Below, piece by piece: positions 52,411 to 61,900 of a DNA stretch of 64,000 nt. The stretch covers positions 1-64,000 of the IMG/VR virus record IMGVR_UViG_3300042197_002762, one strand, 5' to 3'. Made by a program: the position numbers and the translations under genes. The DNA comes from a virus. The stretch's first letter is position 1. Each line of letters starts with the position of its first letter. Below the pieces are notes generated by a model. The model did not search any database, was not told where the DNA came from, and was given only the letters and a program-made list of their open reading frames with translations.

Positions 52411-53048
52411 TGTTTGGAAATTATGCAGCGCAAGCTGGTGTTATTGCTGGTAAAAATTTTGCATCAGTCAATATAGAATGGGATTTTAATAATGTATTAG
52501 TATTAGGATTTGATCCGTTCCCCTCTAATATTAATGATAGACCTAGAATTAATACCTGGAGATCTGATAGTACAAATTTAAATTATATGTCTGGTGGTCG
52601 TTATGTATTCTATCCACCTTTTTCTCCGACTGGGCAAGTTTTTGAACCGTGGGGCGATAGAAATACTGGAAGCGCGAATATTAACCTCCCATTGGCTGGT
52701 AATACATTTGCGGGGGTAGATGTTTTTATTCCTAGCGGCGTTGGCGTTACTTTTGAACCGCCAATGGGTCCCAATAGTTGGCAAAAAGTAGGAACGATTC
52801 CTAATGAAGATCAATATCAATATGTATTAAAAAATGGTACAAATCCAGCATTACGAGTATTATTAAATTATACTGGTTTAACGAGTTTCTGGGATTTTAC
52901 ATCTAATCCTGCTGGTAAAGAATTAAGCGGCTTCTCAGTTTCTTTCACAAGTCCTGGAAATAGTGGTGTTGTAATTGCTTACTGGAATGATGGAACTGCT
53001 CCGACCAAGATGACAAATGGCGCAACCTTTTCTCACACTTTTAATTAA
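52410..53048 (+). CDS. virion-associated protein with PKD-like C-terminus
   Basis: FWDF...GKEL..F.V...YWNDG. Confidence 0.55.
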   Translation: MFGNYAAQAGVIAGKNFASVNIEWDFNNVLVLGFDPFPSNINDRPRINTWRSDSTNLNYMSGGRYVFYPPFSPTGQVFEPWGDRNTGSANINLPLAGNTFAGVDVFIPSGVGVTFEPPMGPNSWQKVGTIPNEDQYQYVLKNGTNPALRVLLNYTGLTSFWDFTSNPAGKELSGFSVSFTSPGNSGVVIAYWNDGTAPTKMTNGATFSHTFN

Positions 53049-53078
53049 AATTAAATTATTTAAGTGTACATATATAAT

Positions 53079-53345
53079 ATGAAGTATTTTTTAATAATCA
53101 TATTAGCTTTTGGAACAGGCTGTGCGAGTCTTAAAAATAAAGACGTACCGCCACCATCAGTTTCTACCGCAAAAGTTGTAGAGTCTTTGGAAGAAACAAA
53201 ATCTGAGCTGGCAAAAGCTGGCGAAAGTAATACAAAAGTTGCGGCTAACATTGATAAAGCCCTTTCTTTAGCAGAAAGACTTGAAAAACTTTTGGAAGAA
53301 ATTGAAAAAGCGTCAAATAAAAATATTGTAAAGGAGCAAAAATGA
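53079..53345 (+). CDS. lipoprotein (o-spanin candidate)
   Basis: Signal peptide with lipobox FGTG-C; located in the lysis cassette. Confidence 0.55.
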   Translation: MKYFLIIILAFGTGCASLKNKDVPPPSVSTAKVVESLEETKSELAKAGESNTKVAANIDKALSLAERLEKLLEEIEKASNKNIVKEQK

Positions 53346-53863
53346 AAAAATTATTATTAATATTATGCTTGTTTAGTTTTGCGACAACAGGGTTTGGTCA
53401 ATTTTGGAAACCAAAACCAAAGCCCACTCCAGTCCCAGTTCGTGTAGCAGAACCAGTTCAATCTCCAATGAATAATTTACAAGAAGCGCGCAAAATTATT
53501 AAAGAATTGAATGAGGAATTAACCGTCGCAAAATCAGAAAACGCTAAATTAAAAACAAATTTAGCTAATGCGAATAAAACAGTTGAGGAAGCAGAAAAGA
53601 ATGTTTCCATAGTGCAAAAACAAGCTGATTTACTCAAAGAATGGGGTGTTCAAAAACAACAAGAAGCTTTTGAATGGCTTGAGAAATATAATAATGCAGT
53701 TAAGCGTTATCATCGTTTAAAATGGATTGCTGCAATTATTGCTGCTGCGGGTGGCGTTTTATTAGGATTGCAATTCATGGCGTTTGCTCCACCACCATAT
53801 AATTTATTTATTCCAATCGGCGGCGCTGGATTATTCGGCGCACTAGTTTGGTTCTTTTTATAA
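53342..53863 (+). CDS. membrane coiled-coil protein (spanin-like candidate)
   Basis: N-terminal signal, long coiled coil, C-terminal TM segments. Confidence 0.45.
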   Translation: MKKLLLILCLFSFATTGFGQFWKPKPKPTPVPVRVAEPVQSPMNNLQEARKIIKELNEELTVAKSENAKLKTNLANANKTVEEAEKNVSIVQKQADLLKEWGVQKQQEAFEWLEKYNNAVKRYHRLKWIAAIIAAAGGVLLGLQFMAFAPPPYNLFIPIGGAGLFGALVWFFL

Positions 53864-53868
53864 AAATT

Positions 53869-53988
53869 ATGGATAAGATAACAGAATATTATGAAAAAAC
53901 GGTTGCTTGGATTCAAGCAAATCCTGGCAAGGCTACCTTAATTGGGATATTTGTTGCTGGCTTATTAGTTGGCGCAATATTATTTTAA
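53869..53988 (+). CDS. small TM peptide (39 aa)
   Basis: MDKITEYYEKTVAWIQANPGKATLIGIFVAGLLVGAILF; its TAA overlaps the next ATG; not in the ORF track. Confidence 0.6.
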   Translation: MDKITEYYEKTVAWIQANPGKATLIGIFVAGLLVGAILF

Positions 53989-54464
53989 TGTGGCAAAATT
54001 TAAAACATATTGCGAATAATGCGGCAGCTTTTTTAAGCTCTAGTAAAATTCCGCCTGGAACGCCCATCGAATTACAAGATTCGTTACGGAATCAAAATCA
54101 TTTTAAATCCAAAAAATTTTTCTTAGCATTTTCTTCTTTTATTGGATTGTTGGCTTTTTATTTGTTATCAGTGGGGATTTTATTTTTATTACCAAGTAAA
54201 AATGAATTGATTTCTGGTTATGTAACAATCTTTACAAAAACAATCGAGATTGTTGCAATAATAGTTGCCTCTTATATTGGCGTTCAAGCTGCTATTGATT
54301 TTAAATATGGAAGTTCTTCAAATACAAATTTAGATTCTATATTGACATCTGAGCAAAGAGAAGAAAAAATTATTGAAGAACAAACTGTAGTATACGCAGA
54401 AAAATACAAAAATGATCCATCATACGCACCACTAGATTGGGTATTTGAACAAGGGGTAGAATAA
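53988..54464 (+). CDS. holin-like membrane protein
   Basis: Two TM segments; directly upstream of the endolysin; start reassigned. Confidence 0.55.
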   Translation: MWQNLKHIANNAAAFLSSSKIPPGTPIELQDSLRNQNHFKSKKFFLAFSSFIGLLAFYLLSVGILFLLPSKNELISGYVTIFTKTIEIVAIIVASYIGVQAAIDFKYGSSSNTNLDSILTSEQREEKIIEEQTVVYAEKYKNDPSYAPLDWVFEQGVE

Positions 54465-54465
54465 T

Positions 54466-55161
54466 ATGAAAGTTTTACAAAAAGGTGATGTGAGTGAAGA
54501 AGTAAAACAATGGCAATTGTTTTTGCAAAGTGCTGGTTATAAAATTCCTTATGTTGATGGCGCGTTCGGTCCAGCTACAGAAAGAGAAACATTAAAATTT
54601 CAAGCTAAAAATGGTTTAAAACCAGATGGCGTTGTTGGCCCAAAAACTTGGAAATTTGTTACCACTGTTTCTAATAACACGCCGCTTTCTCAGCGTTGGC
54701 CAAAACAAGATTATACAAGTATGGTTAATTTTTATGGGCCTGTGGGGGAGAATACAACATCTTTAGAAATACCGTATCCAATGAAACTAGCTTGGGATAA
54801 GGGTACGACAATTAAAAAATTTACATGTCACCAAAAATGTGCAAAGAGTTTTTATAATGTTTTTGAAAAAGTATTAAAAACATATGGAGGTAAAGAAATT
54901 GAAAGATTAGGTTTAAATCTATTTGGCGGATGCCTCAACGTTAGAAAAATGCGCGGCGGTAATTCTTGGAGTACCCATTCTTGGTCTTGCGCGATAGATA
55001 TTGATCCCGATAGAAACCAGTTAAGATGGGGAAAAGACCGTGCAAAAATGGCACATCCTGATTTTAATAATTATTGGAAATTTGTTGAAGAAGAAGGCGG
55101 CGTTAGTTTAGGGCGTGAAAGAAATATGGATTTCCAACATTGGCAATTTGCAAGATTATAA
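54466..55161 (+). CDS. endolysin: peptidoglycan-binding domain plus M15 peptidase
   Basis: DGAFGPAT...DGVVGPKTW; STHSWSCAIDID; DFQHWQ. Confidence 0.9.
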   Translation: MKVLQKGDVSEEVKQWQLFLQSAGYKIPYVDGAFGPATERETLKFQAKNGLKPDGVVGPKTWKFVTTVSNNTPLSQRWPKQDYTSMVNFYGPVGENTTSLEIPYPMKLAWDKGTTIKKFTCHQKCAKSFYNVFEKVLKTYGGKEIERLGLNLFGGCLNVRKMRGGNSWSTHSWSCAIDIDPDRNQLRWGKDRAKMAHPDFNNYWKFVEEEGGVSLGRERNMDFQHWQFARL

Positions 55162-55204
55162 TAATAAATTATAAAATTAAGTGTAATTATTTTATAATAT
55201 AAAA

Positions 55205-56938
55205 ATGCCAATATACGAAGATATTCCAGTTGAAAATATTGATAAAAACATTGGGTTTGATTTATCAGATCTTCTTTTTTCATTCACTAGGCCAATTTCA
55301 TTATGCGCGATGCAAATTAATAAATGTGAAAATGATAAAATTATTGTTGGTAGCAAACTCAAAAATGTTGCCCTCTTAGAAGAACAAAGTGTAAATTTAC
55401 AAATGGATGCAATGAAAGATTTTAAATACTCAATTAAATTTGACGGAATAATTGTACAAGCGATGATTTCCTCCGATGAAGATAAATATTTAGCAGTCGC
55501 CTCAGTAGATCAATTAAAAGAATATCTTCCCAAAAATGTTGATCTTGATGTTAACCGCGATTTAATGGGCGTTGCCTTTGATGCTTTCGTTGTTAATCGT
55601 GGAAATAAAAATGGTCACATAATTAGCACTGATGTCGCGCTTGCGATGGTTGAGAATTTTATTAATAAACCATTTAATATAGAACATAATCGTAAAGTTG
55701 TGGTTGGTGTTTGTACTGGCTATGGTTTTAGCGAATTCGGTAGTAGTAAGCCATTAACTCTTGAAGAAGTAAAAGCTATGAAAGATCCTTTCAATGTAGT
55801 TCTTTCTGGCTATGTATGGAAAATTGTAAATCCAGAATTTGCTTCAGAGCTTGTTGAAAGTAGCGACCCATCTTCCAATAAATATCTTTCGGTAAGCGCA
55901 AGTTGGGAGCTTGGATTTAACGAATTTAATGTTGCTAAAGGTAATAAGAATTTAGCTGATGCAACTATTATAGAAAAAGAAGAAGAAATTGTAGAATTAA
56001 AAGATCGCCTTAAAGTCTTTGGTGGTAATGGGTATACAGAAGATGGCGAAATCGTTCTTTTAAATCTTCAAGGTAATGTTCTTCCTTTAGGTATCGGTTT
56101 TACAAATACTCCTGCCGCTGAAGTTAGCGGTGTTGTAATTTCTTACGACAAACCAAAAGACGAAGAGGCTGTAAAAGCCGTTGAGGACACCCAAGAAGAA
56201 GAAAACGTTGAATCTTCTGAAATTAAAATGAATAAAAAAAGTGTCCAAGAAGAAAATAATAATGTAAAAAATAATATGCAACTAAAAAATATTGATGATA
56301 TTACGGAAGATTCCATTAAGGAAGTTGCTGCAAGTCAAGTTCGTGAATTTATTTCGAACCGCATTGCAGACCTTGCTAAAGAATGGCAATCGAAAGTTGA
56401 AGAAAAAGAAACAGCACTTAAAGCCGCTGAAGATCAAATTGCTGAATTAAAAACCAGCCTTGAATCAATTAAAGCCGATAGTGAAAAAGTAAAAGAAGAA
56501 TTCACAAAGATTCAAGAAGACCTCAAAGCAAAAGAAATTGAAGCCAATTTCCAACGCCGCATGGCCTTGCTTGATGAAGAATTTGATCTTACTGATGAAG
56601 ATCGTAGTATCATCGCAGAAGATTTAAACGCCATTGAGAATGATGAACAATTCGAAAAATGGTATAAGAAGTTCTCTACATTCGCAGCCGCAAAGAAAAA
56701 AATGGCTAAAGCCGAAAAGAAAGAAGACTACAAAAAAGAAGAAATGAAAGACGAAGAGAAAATGAAAGAAGAAAAAGCTTCGGAAGTAGTCGCTAGCGAA
56801 CAAAAAACTGTAGAAGAAGTAATTTCGGGTGCAGAGGTAAAGGAAGAAGTTCTTCCAAACGCTTCCTCTCCTCAAGAAGTATCGTTGGTTGATAAAATCA
56901 GCGCTGCTTTCAATAAAAACAGCGTAAAAATTAAATAA
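55205..56938 (+). CDS. prohead protease-scaffold fusion
   Basis: NKPFNIEH (His), SASWE (Ser) herpes/HK97-type motifs; acidic coiled-coil C-terminus; upstream of the capsid genes. Confidence 0.65.
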   Translation: MPIYEDIPVENIDKNIGFDLSDLLFSFTRPISLCAMQINKCENDKIIVGSKLKNVALLEEQSVNLQMDAMKDFKYSIKFDGIIVQAMISSDEDKYLAVASVDQLKEYLPKNVDLDVNRDLMGVAFDAFVVNRGNKNGHIISTDVALAMVENFINKPFNIEHNRKVVVGVCTGYGFSEFGSSKPLTLEEVKAMKDPFNVVLSGYVWKIVNPEFASELVESSDPSSNKYLSVSASWELGFNEFNVAKGNKNLADATIIEKEEEIVELKDRLKVFGGNGYTEDGEIVLLNLQGNVLPLGIGFTNTPAAEVSGVVISYDKPKDEEAVKAVEDTQEEENVESSEIKMNKKSVQEENNNVKNNMQLKNIDDITEDSIKEVAASQVREFISNRIADLAKEWQSKVEEKETALKAAEDQIAELKTSLESIKADSEKVKEEFTKIQEDLKAKEIEANFQRRMALLDEEFDLTDEDRSIIAEDLNAIENDEQFEKWYKKFSTFAAAKKKMAKAEKKEDYKKEEMKDEEKMKEEKASEVVASEQKTVEEVISGAEVKEEVLPNASSPQEVSLVDKISAAFNKNSVKIK

Positions 56939-56958
56939 ATAGAAAGAAATAAAATATT

Positions 56959-57495
56959 ATGGCAAATTTAAAACCATTCAGAGACTATGATGAGCATGAT
57001 GTTATTAACCTTTTTGCTGTAAACTCAGCTTCCTTAAATAAAGGAACTGTAGTTGTAGCAAATGGTAATGGCGTTGATCTCAAAAATAATCTTAGTTTAG
57101 ATAACCTTTCTCAATACGGAAACACTCTTTCCGCACAATTCAATGTTCCTTGGACCGTTAGCGCTGCACCTTCGGGTACTGCCAAAGGCCAAATCGTTGG
57201 ATTATTGCTCAAAGACGTTCGTTCTGTAGACGAGAATGGAGAACAGTTACTTTTCAGACCACGCAAGGCCGCAGAGATGGATGTCATCGTAAGTGGTCAA
57301 GCTTGCCCAATTTTAACAAAAGGGCTTGTACTTGTGAATGGTATTGTTGGAACCCCAGGAGTTGGAAGCGGCGCTGCTGTTTCTGATGCTGGGAACGGTG
57401 ATCTTAAAGTTGTATCTTATGCAAACGCAACAGTTGGTAAATTCCTTGGTCCTAAAAATGATGAAGGATATGCCCTCTTAAAGGTAGAACTCTAA
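56959..57495 (+). CDS. head decoration/cement protein
   Basis: Position between scaffold and MCP; beta-rich. Confidence 0.5.
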   Translation: MANLKPFRDYDEHDVINLFAVNSASLNKGTVVVANGNGVDLKNNLSLDNLSQYGNTLSAQFNVPWTVSAAPSGTAKGQIVGLLLKDVRSVDENGEQLLFRPRKAAEMDVIVSGQACPILTKGLVLVNGIVGTPGVGSGAAVSDAGNGDLKVVSYANATVGKFLGPKNDEGYALLKVEL

Positions 57496-57520
57496 TAAAA
57501 AAAATAAAGAAATAAAAAAT

Positions 57521-58645
57521 ATGAAAATTCAATTTGATAAAAACCCAGAGCAAATCGAGCTTATCAAAGCTCTTGCTTCAGATAACAAAACTGTAGCTAT
57601 GGAAGCCCAAGACGCTTTCGCAGCTTTCATCAGTGAAGTTATCCAGCAAGTTCTTTTACAAGCTGGTTCCGCTCCTATGATTTACAGAGACGTAGAATTT
57701 GATGAAGATGATTCACCTTCGATTCCTCTTGATCTTTACTATGGTCTTAATGAAGGGCACATCAGCGTATGGAGCCAAACTGTTGGTGGCGGATTGCCAA
57801 CCAATTTCGTACAAGGTATGCAAGAAATGAAAATCAACACCTATCGTCTTGATAGTGCGATTTCCATGGACAAGCGCTATGTACGTAGAGCACGCTTAGA
57901 CGTTGTTGCTGCTGGTTTAGAACGTATGGCCAATGAAATTCTTATTAAACAAGAACGTAATGCTTGGGCTGTTATTCTTAAGCTTTTAGCTGACGCTACA
58001 ACTAATGGTAGTAAACATGTTTTCCGTACCGGAACAGCTGGAACTTTCCAACTCGACGACATGAACAAATTATGGACATTGGTTCGTAGATTAAACACTG
58101 CTTACACAGGTGGAACTCCACAAGGTTTACAAAGCCGTGGATTAACAGACATCTTCGTAAGTCCAGAAATCAAAGAACAAATTCGTGCATTCGCTTATCA
58201 GCCAATGAATACACGCGCCGGAACAGTTGCTACAAGTGGTGCTACCGCAGTACCTCTTCCTGACAGCATCCGTGAAGATATCTATCGTGCCGCTGGTACG
58301 AACGAAATCTTCGGCGTAACAATTCATGAATTGCTCGAACTCGGTGAAGGCCGTAAATACAATGACTTGTTCGATACCTTTGCTGGTTCGACACAATTCA
58401 ATACTTATGGTCAAGCTGGTGGAACAACTTTCACAAGCGCAACCGATGAATTAATTCTTGGTATTGATGCTAGCCGTAACGCTTTCTTGCGCCCAGTCGC
58501 AATTCAAAGCGAAAGCCGTGGTCAAGTCAAGGTTCTTCCTGACGATCAATTCTTGGCTCGTAGCCAAAAAGTTGGTTTCTACAGTTTCGTAGAAGAAGGC
58601 CGCGTAGCCGTTGACGCTCGTGCAGCTGTTGGTTTAATTGTATAA
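57521..58645 (+). CDS. major capsid protein
   Basis: 374 aa, highly biased codon use, followed by a strong terminator; ends EGRVAVDARAAVGLIV. Confidence 0.8.
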   Translation: MKIQFDKNPEQIELIKALASDNKTVAMEAQDAFAAFISEVIQQVLLQAGSAPMIYRDVEFDEDDSPSIPLDLYYGLNEGHISVWSQTVGGGLPTNFVQGMQEMKINTYRLDSAISMDKRYVRRARLDVVAAGLERMANEILIKQERNAWAVILKLLADATTNGSKHVFRTGTAGTFQLDDMNKLWTLVRRLNTAYTGGTPQGLQSRGLTDIFVSPEIKEQIRAFAYQPMNTRAGTVATSGATAVPLPDSIREDIYRAAGTNEIFGVTIHELLELGEGRKYNDLFDTFAGSTQFNTYGQAGGTTFTSATDELILGIDASRNAFLRPVAIQSESRGQVKVLPDDQFLARSQKVGFYSFVEEGRVAVDARAAVGLIV

Positions 58646-58668
58646 TTAAACTTAATAGTTTAAAAATT

Positions 58669-58699
58669 AAGGGCCACCCGCAAGGGTGGCTCTTTTTTT
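58669..58699 (+). terminator. intrinsic terminator after the MCP gene
   Basis: GGGCCACCC-GCAA-GGGTGGCTC followed by T7. Confidence 0.9.
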
Positions 58700-58745
58700 G
58701 TAAAAAAATTAGATTATTTTTATATTAAATGTAATAATATTTAAG

Positions 58746-59123
58746 ATGAATACTCAAGTTAAAAAGAAAAGGGGTCGCCCATCCAAAAAAGATATGCTTC
58801 AAATTCATGGAAAAGAAGAAAAAACTGTTAAACAACCATCTTCTTTAGATGAAATTTTAGGCGAAACTCTTTCAATATACACAGCTACAAGTTCCGAACA
58901 ATATCGTGGACAATTGGCTGAAATGAACATGACGGACTTACAGTCTCATGCTTACAAAATCGGTCTTATGCCAACACCAGATCGTAAAGTTCTTACGGAT
59001 CGTTTAGTTCAAGAATTCATTAAATGGAATTCAAGATATGGAAGTAATGTTATTGAAGGTGATATCAAATCTATTGATGACTTAGATGCTAGAGCCCGAA
59101 AGATCTTAAGAGAAGGCGCTTAA
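58746..59123 (+). CDS. hypothetical protein (AT-hook-like KRGRPSKK)
   Basis: 125 aa in the head module. Confidence 0.65.
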   Translation: MNTQVKKKRGRPSKKDMLQIHGKEEKTVKQPSSLDEILGETLSIYTATSSEQYRGQLAEMNMTDLQSHAYKIGLMPTPDRKVLTDRLVQEFIKWNSRYGSNVIEGDIKSIDDLDARARKILREGA

Positions 59124-59142
59124 TTCTTGTGTAAAATAATAT

Positions 59143-59676
59143 GTGAACTGTACATATTCTTTTTCTCAATTTATAAATAGCGTATATAACGATTTAGGTA
59201 ATCCTGTGTCTTATCCATCAAGTCGTTTATCTGGATGGTTTTTAGATAGCTCAAATGCGGGAAAATTAAATAACTTAATTGGTACGCACATTTCTGGGGT
59301 TTGTTTTCAAAATTCTTCTGGAACAATTACTGGTTATGGTTTAATGCCAGAACCATCTTCTGATCAATATTCTATTTATAAGATGATATTCGACTGTGAA
59401 TATTTTAAAAGTGAAGCAAGATCTGTAGCGGCTAGATCTATAACTGTTGGAAATGACTGGACAGATTTAAAAGAGGGAGACAGTACTATTAAAAAAATTA
59501 ATAAGAATGAAATATCGAAGAACTTACGAGGGTTAGCTCAAGATTGTAAAGCTGAATTAGATAAAGCCGTAAAAATGTATCTTAAATATAATGCAATTCC
59601 TGATCAAGTTGTTGGAGATGATACGCAAGGCGTGTCTCATTATATAATTCAAGAATATCAAAGAACCCTAAATTAA
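59143..59676 (+). CDS. putative head-tail adaptor
   Basis: Synteny after the MCP gene. Confidence 0.4.
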   Translation: MNCTYSFSQFINSVYNDLGNPVSYPSSRLSGWFLDSSNAGKLNNLIGTHISGVCFQNSSGTITGYGLMPEPSSDQYSIYKMIFDCEYFKSEARSVAARSITVGNDWTDLKEGDSTIKKINKNEISKNLRGLAQDCKAELDKAVKMYLKYNAIPDQVVGDDTQGVSHYIIQEYQRTLN

Positions 59677-59677
59677 T

Positions 59678-60109
59678 ATGCCAAGTCTTGTATCAAATGA
59701 AGAAAAATTAGCATGGGGAAATGAATTTAATAATATTCATGATACATTCGCGCGGCCAGTTACTGCTTGGAAAACTCCAGAACGTGTAGTTGTGTCTAGC
59801 GATCCAAATTATAATTTTTTATATAATGATCAGGAATCTATAGAGGTAACCTATATTCCTATTAGTGGTACTTTTGATTGTCGTATACAATGGAAAGACC
59901 CATCTAAAATGATGGGCTGGCCAGAAATTCGTGAAGAAGTGCGTGGTAATATTTGTAGAATAAAAGCTAAAAAAGATTTTGTAGATTTTATTAGTGATGC
60001 TGAAAAAATTGAGATTGACGGTCGTCCAGTCCAAGCCCTTGGCACTAACAGGCCACACGGACTTTTTAATATAGATTTTTATACTATGTTTTTTAAGGAG
60101 AGCGAATAA
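59678..60109 (+). CDS. putative head-closure protein
   Basis: Synteny; beta-rich. Confidence 0.4.
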   Translation: MPSLVSNEEKLAWGNEFNNIHDTFARPVTAWKTPERVVVSSDPNYNFLYNDQESIEVTYIPISGTFDCRIQWKDPSKMMGWPEIREEVRGNICRIKAKKDFVDFISDAEKIEIDGRPVQALGTNRPHGLFNIDFYTMFFKESE

Positions 60110-60690
60110 TGGCTGGCACAATAAATAAAAAATTAATAGATAAAGAAATTTTTAACAGTCGTGCTGTCAAAAAAATGGTTCGAGATATGGTAAAAGTAGA
60201 AGTTGAAAAAGAGAAAGCTTTATTTCGCTCAGAATTTGAGTCACACCCAGTAACACAAGAAATTGAAGGTGGGGAAAGTGCTTCTAATATTTCTGGTACT
60301 CTTGGTGGTTATGGAAATCTATTTTCTTTTTTAGGCTTTAATAGAGGCGCAAACCCAACGACTCCTGTTAAAATTTTAATTAAAAAAATCTTACTAGATC
60401 GTAAAGTGCAAAGTACTAAAAATGGTTTTAAAATAAATGTGAATGTTCCATCTAAAGATGAATTCGGCGCGGTGGCACGATTGCCTTGGGAAGGCGGTCG
60501 GAGTTGGTTATTAGATATGGAACGGGGCATATCAGGTTTAGGTTCCTTTTTATATGGACGTTTTGAAGCTTCACGCTCTGGCGGCGGTATACAAAGTAAA
60601 TATAAATATTCTAATCGCGTATTTCGTCCTGTAAAATATTTTAGCCAAATGTATGTAAAATTTCTTAAAAGATTGTCATCAATAAAATGA
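60109..60690 (+). CDS. putative neck/tail-completion protein
   Basis: Synteny; GYGNLFSFLGF, WLLDMERGISG. Confidence 0.4.
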   Translation: MAGTINKKLIDKEIFNSRAVKKMVRDMVKVEVEKEKALFRSEFESHPVTQEIEGGESASNISGTLGGYGNLFSFLGFNRGANPTTPVKILIKKILLDRKVQSTKNGFKINVNVPSKDEFGAVARLPWEGGRSWLLDMERGISGLGSFLYGRFEASRSGGGIQSKYKYSNRVFRPVKYFSQMYVKFLKRLSSIK

Positions 60691-61850
60691 AAGCAACTTA
60701 CATAACAAATTTAATGTCAAGTTTTTATTTATGGTTAGACCATGAAATTTTAACTCGTGGAGAAGCTTTTATAAATTATAGTGGTAAACTATATAACTCT
60801 CCAGATCCGAATTTTCCAACAAATTCAGTTTATAGCGCGCCATTTCGTCAATGGGTATATGATAGTAGCGTTCCAAATGCCAATATTCCTTCTGGAGTTT
60901 TTGTGAATGGAAATTATCTCAATCGTGGGACAAGTGGTTTAAATATTGATTTTAATAAGGGGCGCGTGATTTTAAATAGCGGTATTAATTCTAATAATAT
61001 TACAACCAGTTATAGTTTAAAAGAATATAATATATATTATACGGATGAACGTGAAGAAAAATTACTTTTCGAAAAAGCTTATAATGTTACTCCTAAAGTA
61101 ACACAAGTAACTGGGGGTTTAGGTTATTTAGATACCCCATATCCATGTATATTTATCAAACATCGTATGGGAGAAAATATCCCATTCGCTTTTGGTGGTG
61201 AAGAGTCTACAGAGACAATGATTCGCTGTATAGTATTAGCATCGAATAGTTTTTCATTAGATGGTCTTATTTCTATTTTAAGTGATAGTGCCAGAAAAGT
61301 TTTTCCTGTATTTAGTTCTGAAGATTTTCCGTTTAATTATTTTGGAGATTTTAAATTAAGTAATAATTTTAATTATTCTAATTTATGTAAAAATCAACAA
61401 TCAAATAGTCTTGTATATATTGATCGCGTCACAGTTTCAAAATTAGATGAGATTGATAATGCGAAAATTAATAAAAAATGTGTGGCCGCTATTGTGGATT
61501 TTGAATTGTCAGATTTAAGATTCCCAAGAATTTATGATCAGGTTTCTGAACAAGTTTCTCCAGGTTTACTTTCAAGTGTTAATGTTCAAAATGGGGGCTG
61601 GGGTAATTTAAATGGAACGTTTAATTATACCACTTTATTTCAAGGCAAGCCTTATTATAATAAGGATGGTGTTAGTAGTTGGTTTATAGCGTGGTTTGAA
61701 AACCAATGGAATATTTTTGATTTTTCAGAAAATGGTCTAGATGCGATTTATTGGAGTCCAGAAGATGTGCTATATCCATGGATGGTAAAAACTTGGTTTA
61801 CGATTAATAGCGCTTATTTACCAGTTCCTAAAGTAAATCAAATTATTTAA
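60687..61850 (+). CDS. putative tail terminator with C-terminal extension
   Basis: Directly upstream of the tail tube; PYPCIFIK. Confidence 0.4.
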   Translation: MKATYITNLMSSFYLWLDHEILTRGEAFINYSGKLYNSPDPNFPTNSVYSAPFRQWVYDSSVPNANIPSGVFVNGNYLNRGTSGLNIDFNKGRVILNSGINSNNITTSYSLKEYNIYYTDEREEKLLFEKAYNVTPKVTQVTGGLGYLDTPYPCIFIKHRMGENIPFAFGGEESTETMIRCIVLASNSFSLDGLISILSDSARKVFPVFSSEDFPFNYFGDFKLSNNFNYSNLCKNQQSNSLVYIDRVTVSKLDEIDNAKINKKCVAAIVDFELSDLRFPRIYDQVSEQVSPGLLSSVNVQNGGWGNLNGTFNYTTLFQGKPYYNKDGVSSWFIAWFENQWNIFDFSENGLDAIYWSPEDVLYPWMVKTWFTINSAYLPVPKVNQII

Positions 61851-61900
61851 TAATTAAATTTATAGAGTGTCTTTAATAAAAATGTAATGTAATTATAAGT

